From the NCBI GenBank assembly GCA_001824825.1, contig MHTK01000005.1, positions 16,173 through 80,172 on the forward strand: a stretch of DNA of 64,000 nt, written 5' to 3'. Positions 63,131 to 64,000 of this stretch are shown piece after piece. The first letter of the stretch is position 1. Each line of letters opens with the position of its first letter. This DNA is from Candidatus Vogelbacteria bacterium RIFOXYD1_FULL_46_19 (GTDB taxonomy: Bacteria; Patescibacteriota; Minisyncoccia; Phycocordibacterales; XYD1-FULL-46-19). The notes beneath the pieces were generated by a model, which was not told the DNA's origin, made no database searches, and saw only the letters and a list, made by a program, of their open reading frames with translations. A program made the position numbers and the translations under genes.

Positions 63131-63811
63131 ATGATTTATTTTGATAAAGTTTCTAAAGTCTATTTCGATAAGTCCTTAGCGCTGGATGATGTATCTTTTA
63201 CCATCGAGCCGGGTGAGTTTGTCTCCGTGGTGGGTCACTCCGGGGCCGGTAAGTCGACTTTACTGAAAATGATCATCGCGGAAGAAAAGCCGACCGAGGG
63301 TAAGGTGTTTTTTGAGTCGGTTGATGTGCATTCTTTGTCACACCGTCGGATTCCAGATTTGCGCCGCCGAGTGGGCAGTGTCTTTCAGGATTTTCGACTC
63401 TTGCCCAATAAAACCACTTTTGAAAACATTGCTTTTACGATGGAAGCGGCCGGCCGCTCTGATGAAGAGGTTCAGTCGGATGTACCTCACGTTTTAGAGC
63501 TGGTTGGTCTGGATGATAAAATGTGGCACTTCCCGTTTGAGTTGTCGGGGGGCGAGCGTCAGCGGGTAGCGATTGCGAGAGCCTTAGTTAATCAACCAGA
63601 CTTACTGATCGCTGATGAGCCGACTGGTAACTTAGACCCAGTGACTACTCACGAGATAATGGAAATATTTAAAAAAATCAATGACATTGGAACAACAGTT
63701 ATTTTAACCACTCACAATAAAGGCGTTATCGATAAACTAGGCAAGCGAGTGCTGACCTTGGAAAGGGGTCGTCTAGTTCGCGACGACAAAGAGGGGCGTT
63801 ATGTAATTTAA
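63131..63811 (+). CDS. ftsE: Cell division ATP-binding protein FtsE
   Basis: MIYFDKVSKVY…, Walker A (GHSGAGKSTLLK), the signature LSGGERQRVAIARAL, and Walker B. It is followed by an ftsX start. Confidence 0.85.
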   Translation: MIYFDKVSKVYFDKSLALDDVSFTIEPGEFVSVVGHSGAGKSTLLKMIIAEEKPTEGKVFFESVDVHSLSHRRIPDLRRRVGSVFQDFRLLPNKTTFENIAFTMEAAGRSDEEVQSDVPHVLELVGLDDKMWHFPFELSGGERQRVAIARALVNQPDLLIADEPTGNLDPVTTHEIMEIFKKINDIGTTVILTTHNKGVIDKLGKRVLTLERGRLVRDDKEGRYVI

Positions 63812-63826
63812 TTTTTTGACATAATT

Positions 63827-64000
63827 ATGATCGTAAATTTAAAACGAGTAATCAGAGCCGGGTCGATCAATTTTTGGCGCAATAGTGCGGTAGCTATGGC
63901 TTCGATCTTTGTCCTCACGGTTACTTTGCTGGTGATTGGGTCCTTGATTCTTGGTTCCACCTACTTGAATTCGACTTTGGAGGGGATCCGGAGTCGAGTG
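63827..64000 (+). CDS. ftsX: Cell division permease FtsX, N-terminal fragment (continues beyond window)
   Basis: MIVNLKRVIRAGSINFWRNSAVAMASIFVLTVTLLVIGS… is FtsX-like, with the first TM helix after a short cytoplasmic N-terminus. It is immediately downstream of ftsE. Confidence 0.6.
   Translation, partial: MIVNLKRVIRAGSINFWRNSAVAMASIFVLTVTLLVIGSLILGSTYLNSTLEGIRSRV

Overview
This window looks like a small-genome, CPR/Patescibacteria-like (possibly Saccharibacteria-like) chromosome segment. It uses the standard genetic code, its tRNA and tmRNA genes lack an encoded CCA, and no L30 gene sits between rpsE and rplO.

Main contents, left to right:
- Truncated spc-type ribosomal operon: rpsQ (partial), rplN, rplX, rplE, rpsN (zinc type), rpsH, rplF, rplR, rpsE, rplO, secY, adk, map, then ndk.
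- A membrane protein and an MBL-fold hydrolase.
- infC-rpmI-rplT on the minus strand.
- smpB followed by a standard one-piece tmRNA (about 11901-12278).
- A roughly 2 kb stretch of different composition downstream of the tmRNA, carrying small ORFs, clean promoter/terminator signals and a 40-nt direct repeat.
- A nucleoside-2-deoxyribosyltransferase-like / HIT / sugar-nucleotidyltransferase gene group.
- An ECF sigma / anti-sigma pair, ftsH and truB.
- A tRNA with anticodon UAU, followed by 400 nt built from direct and inverted copies of its own 3' half.
- recG.
- Three tandem paralogous genes for large secreted proteins. Each carries N-terminal Ig-like repeats of the form NNN..CDPATF.I.PW. One is fused to a truncated beta-helix, and two to a GH51-like clan GH-A TIM barrel (motifs RYWGGN, EYGNEMWGTGC, YEINFH).
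- tRNA-Ser, an MFS transporter and comF.
- A complete monoderm-type type IV pilus locus: pilM, pilN, pilO, a pilP-like gene, pilB, pilT, pilC, two major pilins, a large repeat protein, pilD and four minor pilins. No secretin gene is present.
- ligA-gatC-gatA.
- A tRNA cluster: initiator Met, elongator Met, Asp and two Thr.
- A HlyD/MacB-type ABC exporter, prfB, ftsE and the start of ftsX.

The most notable unexplained structure recurs at three loci: downstream of ssrA, of tRNA(UAU) and of tRNA-Ser. In each case the gene is followed by an inverted copy of its own 3' half (T-arm plus acceptor 3' strand). At ssrA and tRNA-Ser this copy is interrupted at the same junction by a perfect hairpin of about 23 nt. 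There are also MITE-like palindromic elements in the ribosomal operon spacers, a tandem 100-bp repeat next to a candidate small RNA, and a 5' partial duplication of tRNA-Thr(CGU).
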